The notes under the pieces were generated by a model that worked only from the letters and a program-made list of their open reading frames with translations, was not told the origin of the DNA and searched no databases. The translations under genes and the position numbers were made by a program. This document shows positions 10,532 to 20,593 of a stretch of 52,468 bases of DNA, in pieces. Where the stretch lies: the NCBI GenBank assembly GCA_964353095.1, contig CAYGUO010000001.1:1-52468 (forward strand), written 5' to 3'. Numbering within the stretch: position 1 is the stretch's first letter; each line of letters begins with the position of its first letter. Origin of the DNA: an uncultured Flavobacteriaceae bacterium. Lineage in GTDB: Bacteria; Bacteroidota; Bacteroidia; Flavobacteriales; Flavobacteriaceae.

Positions 10532-12964
10532 TTATTCTGTCCGTAAACTCTTTACAGGGTTCACAATGGCAGCTTTAATACTTTGATAGCTAACCGTTAG
10601 TATTGCAATTGCAATTGCTAATAATCCAGCCAAGGCCAGCACCCACCAACTAATTTCTATTCGATATGAAAAATCTTCCAGCCATTTGTTCATAACATAC
10701 CAACCAATCGGTAAGGAGATAAGAATGGCGACCCCAACCATTTTAAGAAAATCAGTTGTCAACCGATACGATATTTGAGCAACACTAGCCCCCAAAACTT
10801 TTCGAACACCGATTTCTTTAGTTCTTTTTTGGGCATTGAAAGCTGCTAGCCCAAACAGTCCGAGGCACGCAATTAAAATGGAGAGTATGGTAAACACCAT
10901 AAATATTTTCCCCAAGTTTTGTTCAGCTTCATAGGTCGAATTAAATGAATCGTCCATAAACCGATAGCTGAAGGGTTGGCCCGGAGCTATTTTGTTCCAT
11001 ATACTTTCTATACTGGCCAGCGTATTTGAAAAGTCACCCGCTTCGAGCTTTACCGCCAGGGTGCCTGTAGAATTATCCAAAAAAAGGCTTAGAGCACCAA
11101 TATTTTCACGCAATGATTCATAATGAAAGTTCTTGACCACTCCAATTATGGTATAGAATACCTTTTCTTCTAAGTCGAGATCCCCGGTTATTCGTATCCC
11201 CAATGCTTCTTCAGCTTTGACCCCTAAAATTGGTAACATTGCCTCATTGATGATAACCCCAGTTGAATCGGCGGCAAATTGTGGATTGAAATCGCGTCCC
11301 GCAACCAATTCCATATTTAGTGTGTTGATGTAGTCATGATCAACTTCCCAAACTTGCGTCTGAATAGCATTCTCTTGCTCCATAGCACCTTCTCTAAATA
11401 GTGAACTATTTGAACGGGCAGATGGCGTTGGCAAGTAATCACTTAATGAAGCATTTGCTACTTGCCCTAACTGTGTTATTTCTTCTTTGAAAGCTCGGAC
11501 TTTGCCACCTGCGGCATAGGTATCATTGATTAGTACAATTTGGTTTTTGGCATACCCTAAATCTTTACCTTGAATATAGTTTAACTGCTGAAAAACAACT
11601 AAAGTTCCAACAATTAAGAAGACAGAAATGGCAAATTGAAAAACCACCAAGGAATTTCGAATTTTCCCGCCCCCCATATTACTTTTTCCACTTCCATTGA
11701 GCACCTTTACCGGAATAAAGCGCGACATGAAAAAGGCTGGGTAACTTCCTGAAAAAAGTCCTAATAAGAGCGTAGCTAATAAAGCTGATAACCAGAAAAT
11801 AGGATTTAGGTAAGGAATAGCGATTGATTTTCCAGAAAGGTCATTAAAAAATGGTAGGGCCACAATGGCTACGACCAAGGCGAAGAGTAAAGAAATAAAG
11901 GCAATGAGTCCTGATTCGGTCAAAAATTGCCGAATCAAATCAGACTTATTTGAACCCAATGTTTTTCTGACACCTACTTCTTTTGCCCTTTTCAGGGAAT
12001 GGGCCGTAGAAAGGTTCATGAAATTAACAGTCGCCAATACAATTAGAAATAGCGCTATGAATGAAAGGATATAGACATTTTGAATGCTACTATTTGCACT
12101 TAATTCGGACTGCCGATTGGAATATAAATGAATATCTGTCAAAGGCATGGTTTTATGGCTCCAGTAGTTACCGGATGCGACGAACGATTCTGCTGTCATA
12201 CCCGGAAATATATTCTGTACCCAAGGAATCATATATCGTTCGAACATCGCCTGCAAGGGTTCATCAAAATCTGAACTATTTACACTAGGAATCAGTTTGA
12301 CAAAAGTGAAATAATTCATACTGCCCCAATTACTTTCTTGAGAATCGGCATGCCCGGCCATGGCCATAAAAACGCTGTGTTCTCGCAGCAAAGAATTCTT
12401 GGGCAGGTCATCGACGACCCCAGTTACGGTGTAGGTATCCGTATTGTTTAACAGCATGCTTTGACCAAGTGCCTTCTGTACTCCAAAATGTTTCTCTGCC
12501 GCAGTTTTGGTCAATACCAAGGTGTTCGGTTCGGTCAATGCCGTTTTGGAATCACCTACAAGTAATTTCAGTCCGAAGAAATCAATGAACGTAGAGTCCG
12601 CAAATGTTACCCGAAGTTCTTTGGTATTGGTCTCCGTACCGCTTTTTCGTATCAGGGCACTCCCACGATCCCTCAATCTTAGGGTGGATTCGACTTGGGG
12701 AAAATCCTGTTGCATTGCGGCTGCCATGGGTGCTGCGGACTCGGAAGCTCTGATGTCGGCCCCTCCGAATTTTACATCTGTATCTATTCGATAGATCCTG
12801 TCGGCATCAGCAAACATTTTATCAAAACTAAGTTCGTCAAAAATAAATAATGAAATCAGTAATGCCCCCGCCATACCAATGGCAAGTCCAAAAGTGTTGA
12901 GAAAGGTAAAAAAGGGCTGCTTCTTTAAACTTCTCCAGGCAATTTTCAGATAATTTTTAAACAT
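10532..12964 (-). CDS. ABC transporter permease, duplicated MacB-PCD/FtsX type (copy 7)
   Basis: 810 aa. Motifs RAKEVGVRKTLGS and RTKEIGVRKVLGA; ends NPVKSLRTE. Confidence 0.93.
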   Translation of the reverse strand: MFKNYLKIAWRSLKKQPFFTFLNTFGLAIGMAGALLISLFIFDELSFDKMFADADRIYRIDTDVKFGGADIRASESAAPMAAAMQQDFPQVESTLRLRDRGSALIRKSGTETNTKELRVTFADSTFIDFFGLKLLVGDSKTALTEPNTLVLTKTAAEKHFGVQKALGQSMLLNNTDTYTVTGVVDDLPKNSLLREHSVFMAMAGHADSQESNWGSMNYFTFVKLIPSVNSSDFDEPLQAMFERYMIPWVQNIFPGMTAESFVASGNYWSHKTMPLTDIHLYSNRQSELSANSSIQNVYILSFIALFLIVLATVNFMNLSTAHSLKRAKEVGVRKTLGSNKSDLIRQFLTESGLIAFISLLFALVVAIVALPFFNDLSGKSIAIPYLNPIFWLSALLATLLLGLFSGSYPAFFMSRFIPVKVLNGSGKSNMGGGKIRNSLVVFQFAISVFLIVGTLVVFQQLNYIQGKDLGYAKNQIVLINDTYAAGGKVRAFKEEITQLGQVANASLSDYLPTPSARSNSSLFREGAMEQENAIQTQVWEVDHDYINTLNMELVAGRDFNPQFAADSTGVIINEAMLPILGVKAEEALGIRITGDLDLEEKVFYTIIGVVKNFHYESLRENIGALSLFLDNSTGTLAVKLEAGDFSNTLASIESIWNKIAPGQPFSYRFMDDSFNSTYEAEQNLGKIFMVFTILSILIACLGLFGLAAFNAQKRTKEIGVRKVLGASVAQISYRLTTDFLKMVGVAILISLPIGWYVMNKWLEDFSYRIEISWWVLALAGLLAIAIAILTVSYQSIKAAIVNPVKSLRTE

Positions 12965-12982
12965 GATGGTTCGTTTTAAGTC

Positions 12983-13014
12983 TTCCCCCTAACCCCCACC
13001 GAAGGAGGGGGAAT
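12983..13014. repeat. REP-like GC-rich palindrome, family A (CCCCTAA-CCCC...GGAGGGGAAT)
   Basis: TTCCCCCTAACCCCCACCGAAGGAGGGGGAAT; resembles 28668-28699 and the elements at 29643-29710. Confidence 0.65.
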
Positions 13015-13088
13015 AGAAAACTACATTGTTTCTCTTTATACACATTTTCATTGTTGCCCGAAGGGCGATTCCTCTAGCCGGAATGGTT

Positions 13089-15473
13089 TTATTCCGTTCT
13101 CAGACTTTTAACAGGATTGGCCATGGCCGACTTTACCGCTTGCAAACCCAAAGTGAATGCGGTTATTAGCAATGCTATGATACCCGCTAAGGCAAACATC
13201 CACCATTGAATGGAAATACTATAGGCAAAGCTTCCCAACCAAGAATTCATAAGATACCATGCCATGGGGAAAGCAATCAATGCTGCAATACCCACGAGTA
13301 TAATGTAATCTTTAGACAACAGCACCACAATTTTGGCCACCCCTGCTCCTAATACTTTTCGGATTCCGATTTCTTTGACCTTGCGTTTTGCCATAAACGA
13401 AATTAATCCGAATAGGCCCAAACATGAAATGAAAATGGTCAAAATGGCGGTTACGTTTACAGACTTCAAAATACCTTCTATCAATTGGTATTGTGCGCTT
13501 ACTTTTTCGGTTAAGCGTGACTGTTCATATCCCCTTCGTGACGAAATAGAGTTGAAAGCCGCAGCAATTTGACTTTCAACTTGCTGTTCTTGACCTTCAA
13601 CCACACTAACCGATAAAAACCGATGGCTCTCAAGGGCACTTTTATCGCGATAGATATGCACCAAAGGCTCAATGGAATTCTGCATATCTTGATAATGAAA
13701 GTCTTTGACGACGCCGACAATGGGGGAGCCTAAGTCTGCATCATATTTGTATTTTAATCGTTTGCCCTCAATACTCTTCCAGCCAAATGCTTTCATTGCC
13801 GCTTCATTGATAATAACAGCTTGTTCTTCGGTATTGTCAAGGTTCCGCTCAAAATCCCTTCCCATCACGATGGACACCTCAAGTGTTTTTAAATAATTGT
13901 CATCAGCGTAGGACCTTCTGATACGAACATCTTTGTCATTAGCGGCATCGTAATAGGTGGTATAGTTAAAATAATAATCGGACGGAATGGCCTGACTGGT
14001 CGCGACACTTTTTACATACGGATTCGCTTCTAAATCGTTCAATAGGGCATTGAATTTTGACTTGGCAGCATCCAAATTCTTATAATCTAAATCAATATTG
14101 CCCACTAAAATATTGTTCCGCTCAAAACCTAAGTCTGCATTTTTCATGAAACCAATCTGTTGGTTCAGAATAATAGCGATACTGATAAATAAAATTGCAA
14201 TGGTAAACTGTAAAATGATAAAAGAATTTCTAAGGATAAAATTGCTTTTCAGTTGGTCTATTCTTCCTTTTATCCCAATGGAAACAGGAATTTTAATAAA
14301 ACGCAGCGTTGGAAGAATACCCACCATTAAAGTGGCTATTATACCTATACCAATAATACCGACAACAATGGGATAATCATTAAAAATGTCAAAGGATATC
14401 GTGCCAAATTCAGGACCGAAAGTATCGTTCAGCCTTGGTAAGTTGACCAATAAAAATAATAGCACCGAAATGATAAGGGATATAAAAACCAGAATTCCGT
14501 TTTCAACACAAAACTGTATCACGATGCTCTTTTTGTTACTTCCCAAAACCTTACGAACCGCAATATCTTTGGTGCGTTTGAACATGGTAGAAGTGTTAAG
14601 GTTCAATAGGTTCACCAGAATGATGAGCAATACAAACATAGAAGCCGCTATTGAACCTCCAATAATGGTGTCTACCACGGGTATAATATCTGTGCGCATT
14701 TCAGTATAGGGCATCACATCCATACCAGCAATGGTAGAAGGATCAACATAGTTTTCTTGAACCAATTGCTCAATACGAACCTGAAGTGCAGCAAGATCAG
14801 TATCGGGCCGAAGCCTAAAATAAGCTGGGGAAAAACTATTGGTCCAATCGGTTTGGCTTATAAAGGTTGGATTGTCTTTTAATAATGTATTCGGTAGAAC
14901 CACGCCCAATCGAAAAGAAGAATACGGACTAATAGGTTCAAAAACGCCTGTAACTTTTAAGTTCAATGTATCTGCACCTATTATGGTTTTACCTACAGGA
15001 TTTTCGTTACCAAACATTTGTTGGCTCACTTTATCGGTAAGTATGATGGAGTATTTTTCTTGTAGTGCGGTTTCTTGATTTCCATATTTTAAAGAAAGGT
15101 CAAAGACTTCAAAGAATTCTGGGTCAGCATAATCTGTGCGGTTTTGAAATTCTTTTTCTCCATGTTTCAACCAAATATTGCCCCAGCCATGCAAATGGGT
15201 CCCAGCTAAAACTTCAGGTGAAGTACTAACGATTTTCTCCATAAGGGGATAAGGCACTTCGCGGTACGAATTACCATCTTTTAGTTGCGTTTTTAAATAC
15301 ACAATATGTTCCCTTTCAGGGATGAAATTATCCGCAGTATAATAGGCATATACCGAAAACAATAGCGTCAATACACTAGATACACCAATGCTTAACCCTA
15401 GTAAATTCAATAAGGAGAGCGTCTTATTTTTCCAAAGGTTTCGTAGCGATATTTTTAGATGGTTTTTGAACAT
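13089..15473 (-). CDS. ABC transporter permease, duplicated MacB-PCD/FtsX type (copy 6)
   Basis: 794 aa. Motifs RTKDIAVRKVLGS and KVKEIGIRKVLGA; ends NPVKSLRTE. Confidence 0.92.
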   Translation of the reverse strand: MFKNHLKISLRNLWKNKTLSLLNLLGLSIGVSSVLTLLFSVYAYYTADNFIPEREHIVYLKTQLKDGNSYREVPYPLMEKIVSTSPEVLAGTHLHGWGNIWLKHGEKEFQNRTDYADPEFFEVFDLSLKYGNQETALQEKYSIILTDKVSQQMFGNENPVGKTIIGADTLNLKVTGVFEPISPYSSFRLGVVLPNTLLKDNPTFISQTDWTNSFSPAYFRLRPDTDLAALQVRIEQLVQENYVDPSTIAGMDVMPYTEMRTDIIPVVDTIIGGSIAASMFVLLIILVNLLNLNTSTMFKRTKDIAVRKVLGSNKKSIVIQFCVENGILVFISLIISVLLFLLVNLPRLNDTFGPEFGTISFDIFNDYPIVVGIIGIGIIATLMVGILPTLRFIKIPVSIGIKGRIDQLKSNFILRNSFIILQFTIAILFISIAIILNQQIGFMKNADLGFERNNILVGNIDLDYKNLDAAKSKFNALLNDLEANPYVKSVATSQAIPSDYYFNYTTYYDAANDKDVRIRRSYADDNYLKTLEVSIVMGRDFERNLDNTEEQAVIINEAAMKAFGWKSIEGKRLKYKYDADLGSPIVGVVKDFHYQDMQNSIEPLVHIYRDKSALESHRFLSVSVVEGQEQQVESQIAAAFNSISSRRGYEQSRLTEKVSAQYQLIEGILKSVNVTAILTIFISCLGLFGLISFMAKRKVKEIGIRKVLGAGVAKIVVLLSKDYIILVGIAALIAFPMAWYLMNSWLGSFAYSISIQWWMFALAGIIALLITAFTLGLQAVKSAMANPVKSLRTE

Positions 15474-15531
15474 GACAGTTACTATTTGAGTATAACTTTA
15501 TGGATTGATGAACTTAGCTCCAACACTAAGT

Positions 15532-15638
15532 TCGATTTTCATGCCAAACATTTAAACTGTTGATTTACAAGTTTTTAAAAAAACAAGACAACGAAGTAGT
15601 GTAAAATAATTGGACACTACTTGTACAATATATTTACA
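15532..15638 (-). promoter_or_regulatory. Putative sigma54 promoter module P2 (-24/-12 box, IHF site, tandem enhancer)
   Basis: Minus strand TGGCATGAAAATCGA (15532-15546). IHF consensus AATCAACAGTTTA (15553-15565, minus). TGTAAAATAATTGGACA (15600-15616) and TGTACAATATATTTACA (15622-15638). Confidence 0.72.
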
Positions 15639-15688
15639 AGAATTTTTACATGGTTTTCTTGATAAAACTCTCCTTCAGGGGCTTGGAT

Positions 15689-18076
15689 CTATTCTGTCCT
15701 TAAACTTTCAACAGGATTTTGGTTTGCGGCCTTATAGCTCTGCCAGCTTACGGTTAACAACGTGATGGATACGACTGCACCACCGGCCAAGAGAAACATC
15801 CACGGATTTAACGAAACGCTATAGGCAAAACCTTGTAACCAAGCCTTGGCAGCAAAATACGCTAAAGGCATTGCCAATATAAAAGCTAACAACAACCACT
15901 TTACGAAGGTGCTATTGAGTAAGGTCAATATTTCGGTCTTGCTGGCACCGTTTACTTTACGAATACCAATTTCTTTGTAACGACTTTGCGCCACCATTAG
16001 CGATAGCCCCAAAACACCCATGATACAAACGAAAATTGAAATTATAGCAAATAAGAGCAACAAGCGCTTTTGCAACAGCTCGGTTTTATAGACACCTTCA
16101 TAAATGGTTTCTACGCCGATATAATCCAAAGGATAAGTAGGAAACAGTTCTCCCCAAACATGTTCAATTTTTTGGGTAATTTCTTTTTTGGAAGCGGCGT
16201 TATAAGAAATCACAATGCTGTTCAACCAACTGTTTGCTCTTTTAAAAAGCACAAGAGGCTCTACTTTATGCTGTAATCCGGAGAGGTGAAAGTCCTTTAC
16301 TACCCCTATAATTTTTCCCTTGGGCAATGTTACCTCTGGTACGGGCGAAACAATTTCGAAACCTTTCCCAACAATAGCATTAGCATCTTGAAACCCCAAT
16401 TGTTTTAAAGCACTCTCATTGATGAGATATTCACCGTTTCCATTTTCATCCAAATTGTTTCCGGTAAAATTGGCACCTCCTAAGAATTGTAGTCCAAATA
16501 CATCTGCAAAAGAATAGTCGGCAGCAAAAACCCCTATCAAGTTTGAACCTGGTTCAGGTTCGGGAACGCCTTCTAGGTTATAGAAGAACATGTCATGGGT
16601 TTCACTGCCTGGTTTGTCCATCATAGCCGATACTGAGGTAATGTCGGCCTCTTTTAATAGTTCCGCTTTAAAAAGCGCAAAATCTTTTTGTACCTCAGAA
16701 TGCACTGATGGTAAGCAAACAATATTTTCTTGTGCACCCAAACCATTGTCCAAAGCAAAATTGGTCTGTTTTGAGATAACTACCACTCCAATGAGCAAGA
16801 CGATGGCCAATGTAAATTGGGTCACCAACAAGGTATTATGACCTTTGACTTTACCTGCTTTTTGTAAGGTCTGATTAAGCGTTAAATGTTCAAAACGGTT
16901 TTTAAGAACAGGTTGAAGCCCAGCAATAAGCATCAAAAGCGCTGCCATCAGAATAATTATGCATGCAAACCAGCCGTTACCCTGAAGCAAATTCAATTGG
17001 TAATTTTCATAAATCAGGGTATTGAACCGAAACATGCCCAAAAGCACCAATCCTATAGATAGTAGGATGATAATAATACTTTCAATAATAAAGTACTTCC
17101 CCATTATTCGTTTTGAAGAACCCAATATCTGGTTGAGTGCCAAAAAGGTGGATAGGTATCCCGCCATGCCGAGATTAAGACTCGCAAAGTTGCTTAAGGA
17201 AATTAAAATCAGCACAAACCCTGCAACCGCCAGCACCCAAATATTTGACATGGACCCATTAGGTTCAATCTCACGGAACAGATCGGACTTCAAATGAATG
17301 TCTTTTACATTCATCAAGTGTGCAGTTAGATCAACCCTATCTTCGGCACCTTCTAGGTTAAAAAGGTCAGAAAGTGCACCAGATAATTTATCTGCCAAAC
17401 CAGCTGTATTTGTGTTTGGATTTAATAATAGGTACTGATAGGCCCAACCTTTAATTTTATCCTTCCCTGGCATGAACAAAACGTCAGGGTGTATATGGCT
17501 TTTCTGCACAGGGTCTTGCATGACGCCGGTAACTTCAAAATCAGTCCGTTGTTCGTTAAAATGACCCTTGGGCAATGAGATCACCTTGCCTATGGCATTT
17601 TCATTTTTAAAGAGTTTTTCAGCGAGCGATTCAGAAATCACAACAGATTCCGGATTTATAAATACACGACTAGTGTTTCCTTCCAGCATGTTTACATCAA
17701 AAAACTCAAAAAAGGTATCATCGACCACAAAACCTTGGTTAATACCGTAATATTGTTCTTGGTACTGCACCAAATTTCCCCGAACGGGTGCCAATCGCAA
17801 ATATTCCTTTACATCTGGAAGTGGTTCTGTTAGTGAAGGAAGTTGTTCGGAAGCATAAAACCGGGCAAAATGGTTGTCCTCAAATACATTGGGATTGGTT
17901 ACCGTAAGCCTAAATATTTCATCTGCCTTTTGGTGGTGACGGTCATAGCTCAATTCATTTTTAATAAAAAGGGAAATGAACAAAATTCCATATAGTCCAA
18001 GCGCTAGACCAATAACTTTAATTCCGTTTAGCACGGGCCTTTTTTTGAGGTTGCGAAAGGCATATTTTACGAGCAT
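15689..18076 (-). CDS. ABC transporter permease, duplicated MacB-PCD/FtsX type, first coupling motif degenerate (copy 5)
   Basis: 795 aa. The first half reads GYLSTFLALNQILGS where paralogs have RxKE(I/V)G(I/V)RK; the second half has RYKEIGIRKVNGA; ends NPVESLRTE. Confidence 0.9.
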   Translation of the reverse strand: MLVKYAFRNLKKRPVLNGIKVIGLALGLYGILFISLFIKNELSYDRHHQKADEIFRLTVTNPNVFEDNHFARFYASEQLPSLTEPLPDVKEYLRLAPVRGNLVQYQEQYYGINQGFVVDDTFFEFFDVNMLEGNTSRVFINPESVVISESLAEKLFKNENAIGKVISLPKGHFNEQRTDFEVTGVMQDPVQKSHIHPDVLFMPGKDKIKGWAYQYLLLNPNTNTAGLADKLSGALSDLFNLEGAEDRVDLTAHLMNVKDIHLKSDLFREIEPNGSMSNIWVLAVAGFVLILISLSNFASLNLGMAGYLSTFLALNQILGSSKRIMGKYFIIESIIIILLSIGLVLLGMFRFNTLIYENYQLNLLQGNGWFACIIILMAALLMLIAGLQPVLKNRFEHLTLNQTLQKAGKVKGHNTLLVTQFTLAIVLLIGVVVISKQTNFALDNGLGAQENIVCLPSVHSEVQKDFALFKAELLKEADITSVSAMMDKPGSETHDMFFYNLEGVPEPEPGSNLIGVFAADYSFADVFGLQFLGGANFTGNNLDENGNGEYLINESALKQLGFQDANAIVGKGFEIVSPVPEVTLPKGKIIGVVKDFHLSGLQHKVEPLVLFKRANSWLNSIVISYNAASKKEITQKIEHVWGELFPTYPLDYIGVETIYEGVYKTELLQKRLLLLFAIISIFVCIMGVLGLSLMVAQSRYKEIGIRKVNGASKTEILTLLNSTFVKWLLLAFILAMPLAYFAAKAWLQGFAYSVSLNPWMFLLAGGAVVSITLLTVSWQSYKAANQNPVESLRTE

Positions 18077-18094
18077 CTTATCAAGTTATGAATT

Positions 18095-20494
18095 CTATTC
18101 GGTTCTTAGGCTTTTTACAGGGTTTTGTTTAGCGGCTTTTATTGCCTGAAAGCTGACCGTTAAAACCGTTACTGCCATAGCGCCTAGCATAGCTAAGGCA
18201 AAAATCCACCATTTTAAAATGACACGGTACGGATATTCTTGTAGCCAACCGTTCATTACATAATAGGCTATAGGTACCGCTATAAAACAAGAGATAATAA
18301 CAAGCTTTAAAAAATCTTTGGAGAGCATGTTCCAAACGTTGAAAACCGAAGCGCCCAATACTTTTCGTACGCCTATTTCTTTGGTGCGTTGTTCAGCAAC
18401 AAAGGAGGTGAGACCAAATAAACCCAGACAGCTAATTAAAATGGCCAAAGCTGTAAATATGCCAGATAAAGTTCCGATACGCTCTTCTGATGCGAATTTT
18501 TCGCCATATTCTTCATCTACAAACTCATATTGAAATGGAATATCAGGAAAATTTTCTTTAAAAACACGTTCAATAATGGCAATATTTTGATTGGCACTTT
18601 GGTTAGGGTTCAACCGCATATTGTAAAAACTTGAATTATCATAGCGGTCATAAACATAGACGCCCTGTTTTACGGGTTCATAAGGGGATTGGGCAATCAT
18701 ATCTTGAACAACACCTATTATTTTAAGCGGTGGGCTTGGGTCTTCATCATCATCATCTTTCAAAAATTTACCTATTGGATTTTGCATGCCTAAATATTTC
18801 TTAGCGGTTTCATTAATAAGTACGCCTAACGAATCTGACGCAAAATCTCTAGAAAAATCCCTTCCTTCAACGATTTTTAGGTTTAGTGATTTTGCATATT
18901 CAGGCGAAACTTCAGTCCAGGCTAAATCTTCTTGAAAACCCTCCGGTTTGCCTTCCCAATCAAAGCCGCTTCTGTTGGACCAGATACGTGTTGTAGGACT
19001 GCTCGAAGAAGACATTTCAACAATGGCATTTGAATTTAAAAATTGCTCCCGCATTAAATCATATTTTCCAGTGAAATCTTGACTAAATGTGGGCACCTGT
19101 ATCAAACCCTCTTTATCATAACCTACAGGTCTATTCTTGGCATGATTGATTTGCTGCATGACGATGACAGTACCAATAATAAAGGCAACGGACACCGTAA
19201 ATTGTAAAACCACCAAAATTTTTCTGGGTAAGCCTGCATATTTTCCTACGTTAAAGGTTCCCTTTAATACATCTACAGGTTTGAAAGAAGATAAATAGAG
19301 CGCTGGATAACTGCCAGCTAAAAGCGCAGTAAATACTATAAAGAGTATGGAAACCATCCAAAAAGTTGGATTTGTCCACGGAAACGAAATCTCTTTTCTT
19401 GCAAGCTCATTAAAACCATTTAAGCAAAGCAAGACAATAAGGATTGCCATTACGTATGCAAAAAGTACCACTAAAAAAGATTCGCTCAAGAACTGATAAA
19501 TCAATTGCCCTTTTTGTGAACCTATAGATTTTCGAATTCCTACTTCCTTAGCCCTTTTTTCTGAACGAGCCGTGCTGAGGTTCATGAAATTAATACAGGC
19601 AAGTAGCAATACAAAGGCGCCAATAATACCAAAAAGCCAAACATATTTAATACGTCCGCCAACTTGCTTACCATTGTCAAAATTGCTTCTTAAATGCCAT
19701 TCGTTCATTGGAAAAAGAAAAATCTGCGGATTAAATTCCGCAGTATCCTCGTTCAAATCTTTCTTAACATTTCTAATCGTTTCTGATACGCTCTGCATAT
19801 CAGTGTTTTCTGCCATTTGCACAAACATTTGGAAAGAGTTGTTCCCCCAATTGTCTTCAGAATTTTGCAACCATTCCCTGGTAGCAACATAATGGTCCCA
19901 TGGAATGATATATTCGGTATCATTAAAACTATTGTTGAAAGGGATGTCTTTATAGACACTGGTAACCATTAAATCATGTTCGTTACTTATTTTAACGGTT
20001 TTGCCTATTGGGTCTATTTGGCCAAAAAGCGCATTGGCCGTAGACGCTGAAAGCATTATGGAGTTTACTTCTCTTAAACCATCTTTTTCCCCTTGTATAA
20101 TCTCTAGCCCTAGTAATTCTGGGGCGTCCCTTTGCATATAATTCCCTGGTCGTGAAAGATTGGTTTCGCCAAATTGTAGATAAGAATCACTGGTCCATGA
20201 GGACATGATTAAATACTTAAAGTTATCGCCATAACCTTCTCGCAGTGCTTTTTCTAAGGGTCTGGGTATCGCTGGCCCCGTACCTGTATTGTTATTAAAA
20301 GTTTGAGATTGAAAGACCTGCGCAATTTTGTTTTTACTGGCAAAATAGCTGTTGTAGGTTAGCTCGTCTTGAATCCATAAGCCAATAATAAGCGTAACGG
20401 CCATACCCAAGGCTAAGCCACCAACGTTGATGATGGAGTATCCTTTATTGTTCCAAAGGTTACGCCAAGCGATTTTTAAATAGTTTTTAAACAT
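18095..20494 (-). CDS. ABC transporter permease, duplicated MacB-PCD/FtsX type (copy 4)
   Basis: 799 aa. Motifs RAKEVGIRKSIGS and RTKEIGVRKVLGA; ends NPVKSLRTE. Confidence 0.93.
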   Translation of the reverse strand: MFKNYLKIAWRNLWNNKGYSIINVGGLALGMAVTLIIGLWIQDELTYNSYFASKNKIAQVFQSQTFNNNTGTGPAIPRPLEKALREGYGDNFKYLIMSSWTSDSYLQFGETNLSRPGNYMQRDAPELLGLEIIQGEKDGLREVNSIMLSASTANALFGQIDPIGKTVKISNEHDLMVTSVYKDIPFNNSFNDTEYIIPWDHYVATREWLQNSEDNWGNNSFQMFVQMAENTDMQSVSETIRNVKKDLNEDTAEFNPQIFLFPMNEWHLRSNFDNGKQVGGRIKYVWLFGIIGAFVLLLACINFMNLSTARSEKRAKEVGIRKSIGSQKGQLIYQFLSESFLVVLFAYVMAILIVLLCLNGFNELARKEISFPWTNPTFWMVSILFIVFTALLAGSYPALYLSSFKPVDVLKGTFNVGKYAGLPRKILVVLQFTVSVAFIIGTVIVMQQINHAKNRPVGYDKEGLIQVPTFSQDFTGKYDLMREQFLNSNAIVEMSSSSSPTTRIWSNRSGFDWEGKPEGFQEDLAWTEVSPEYAKSLNLKIVEGRDFSRDFASDSLGVLINETAKKYLGMQNPIGKFLKDDDDEDPSPPLKIIGVVQDMIAQSPYEPVKQGVYVYDRYDNSSFYNMRLNPNQSANQNIAIIERVFKENFPDIPFQYEFVDEEYGEKFASEERIGTLSGIFTALAILISCLGLFGLTSFVAEQRTKEIGVRKVLGASVFNVWNMLSKDFLKLVIISCFIAVPIAYYVMNGWLQEYPYRVILKWWIFALAMLGAMAVTVLTVSFQAIKAAKQNPVKSLRTE

Positions 20495-20512
20495 GATTGA
20501 TCGTTTTTTGAT

Positions 20513-20535
20513 GCTTCCACTGCGCTCAGCACAGG
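20513..20535. repeat. 23-bp REP-like element, family B (CTGAGCG.AGTCGAAG type), intergenic copy
   Basis: Minus strand CCTGTGCTGAGCGCAGTGGAAGC, flanked by ATCATCAAA and ATCAAAAAA; matches 28618-28640. Confidence 0.7.
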
Positions 20536-20593
20536 TTTGATGATAATAAGATAGTTAGTTCATTTATAAAGACTCCATTTATCTGTAAATGTT

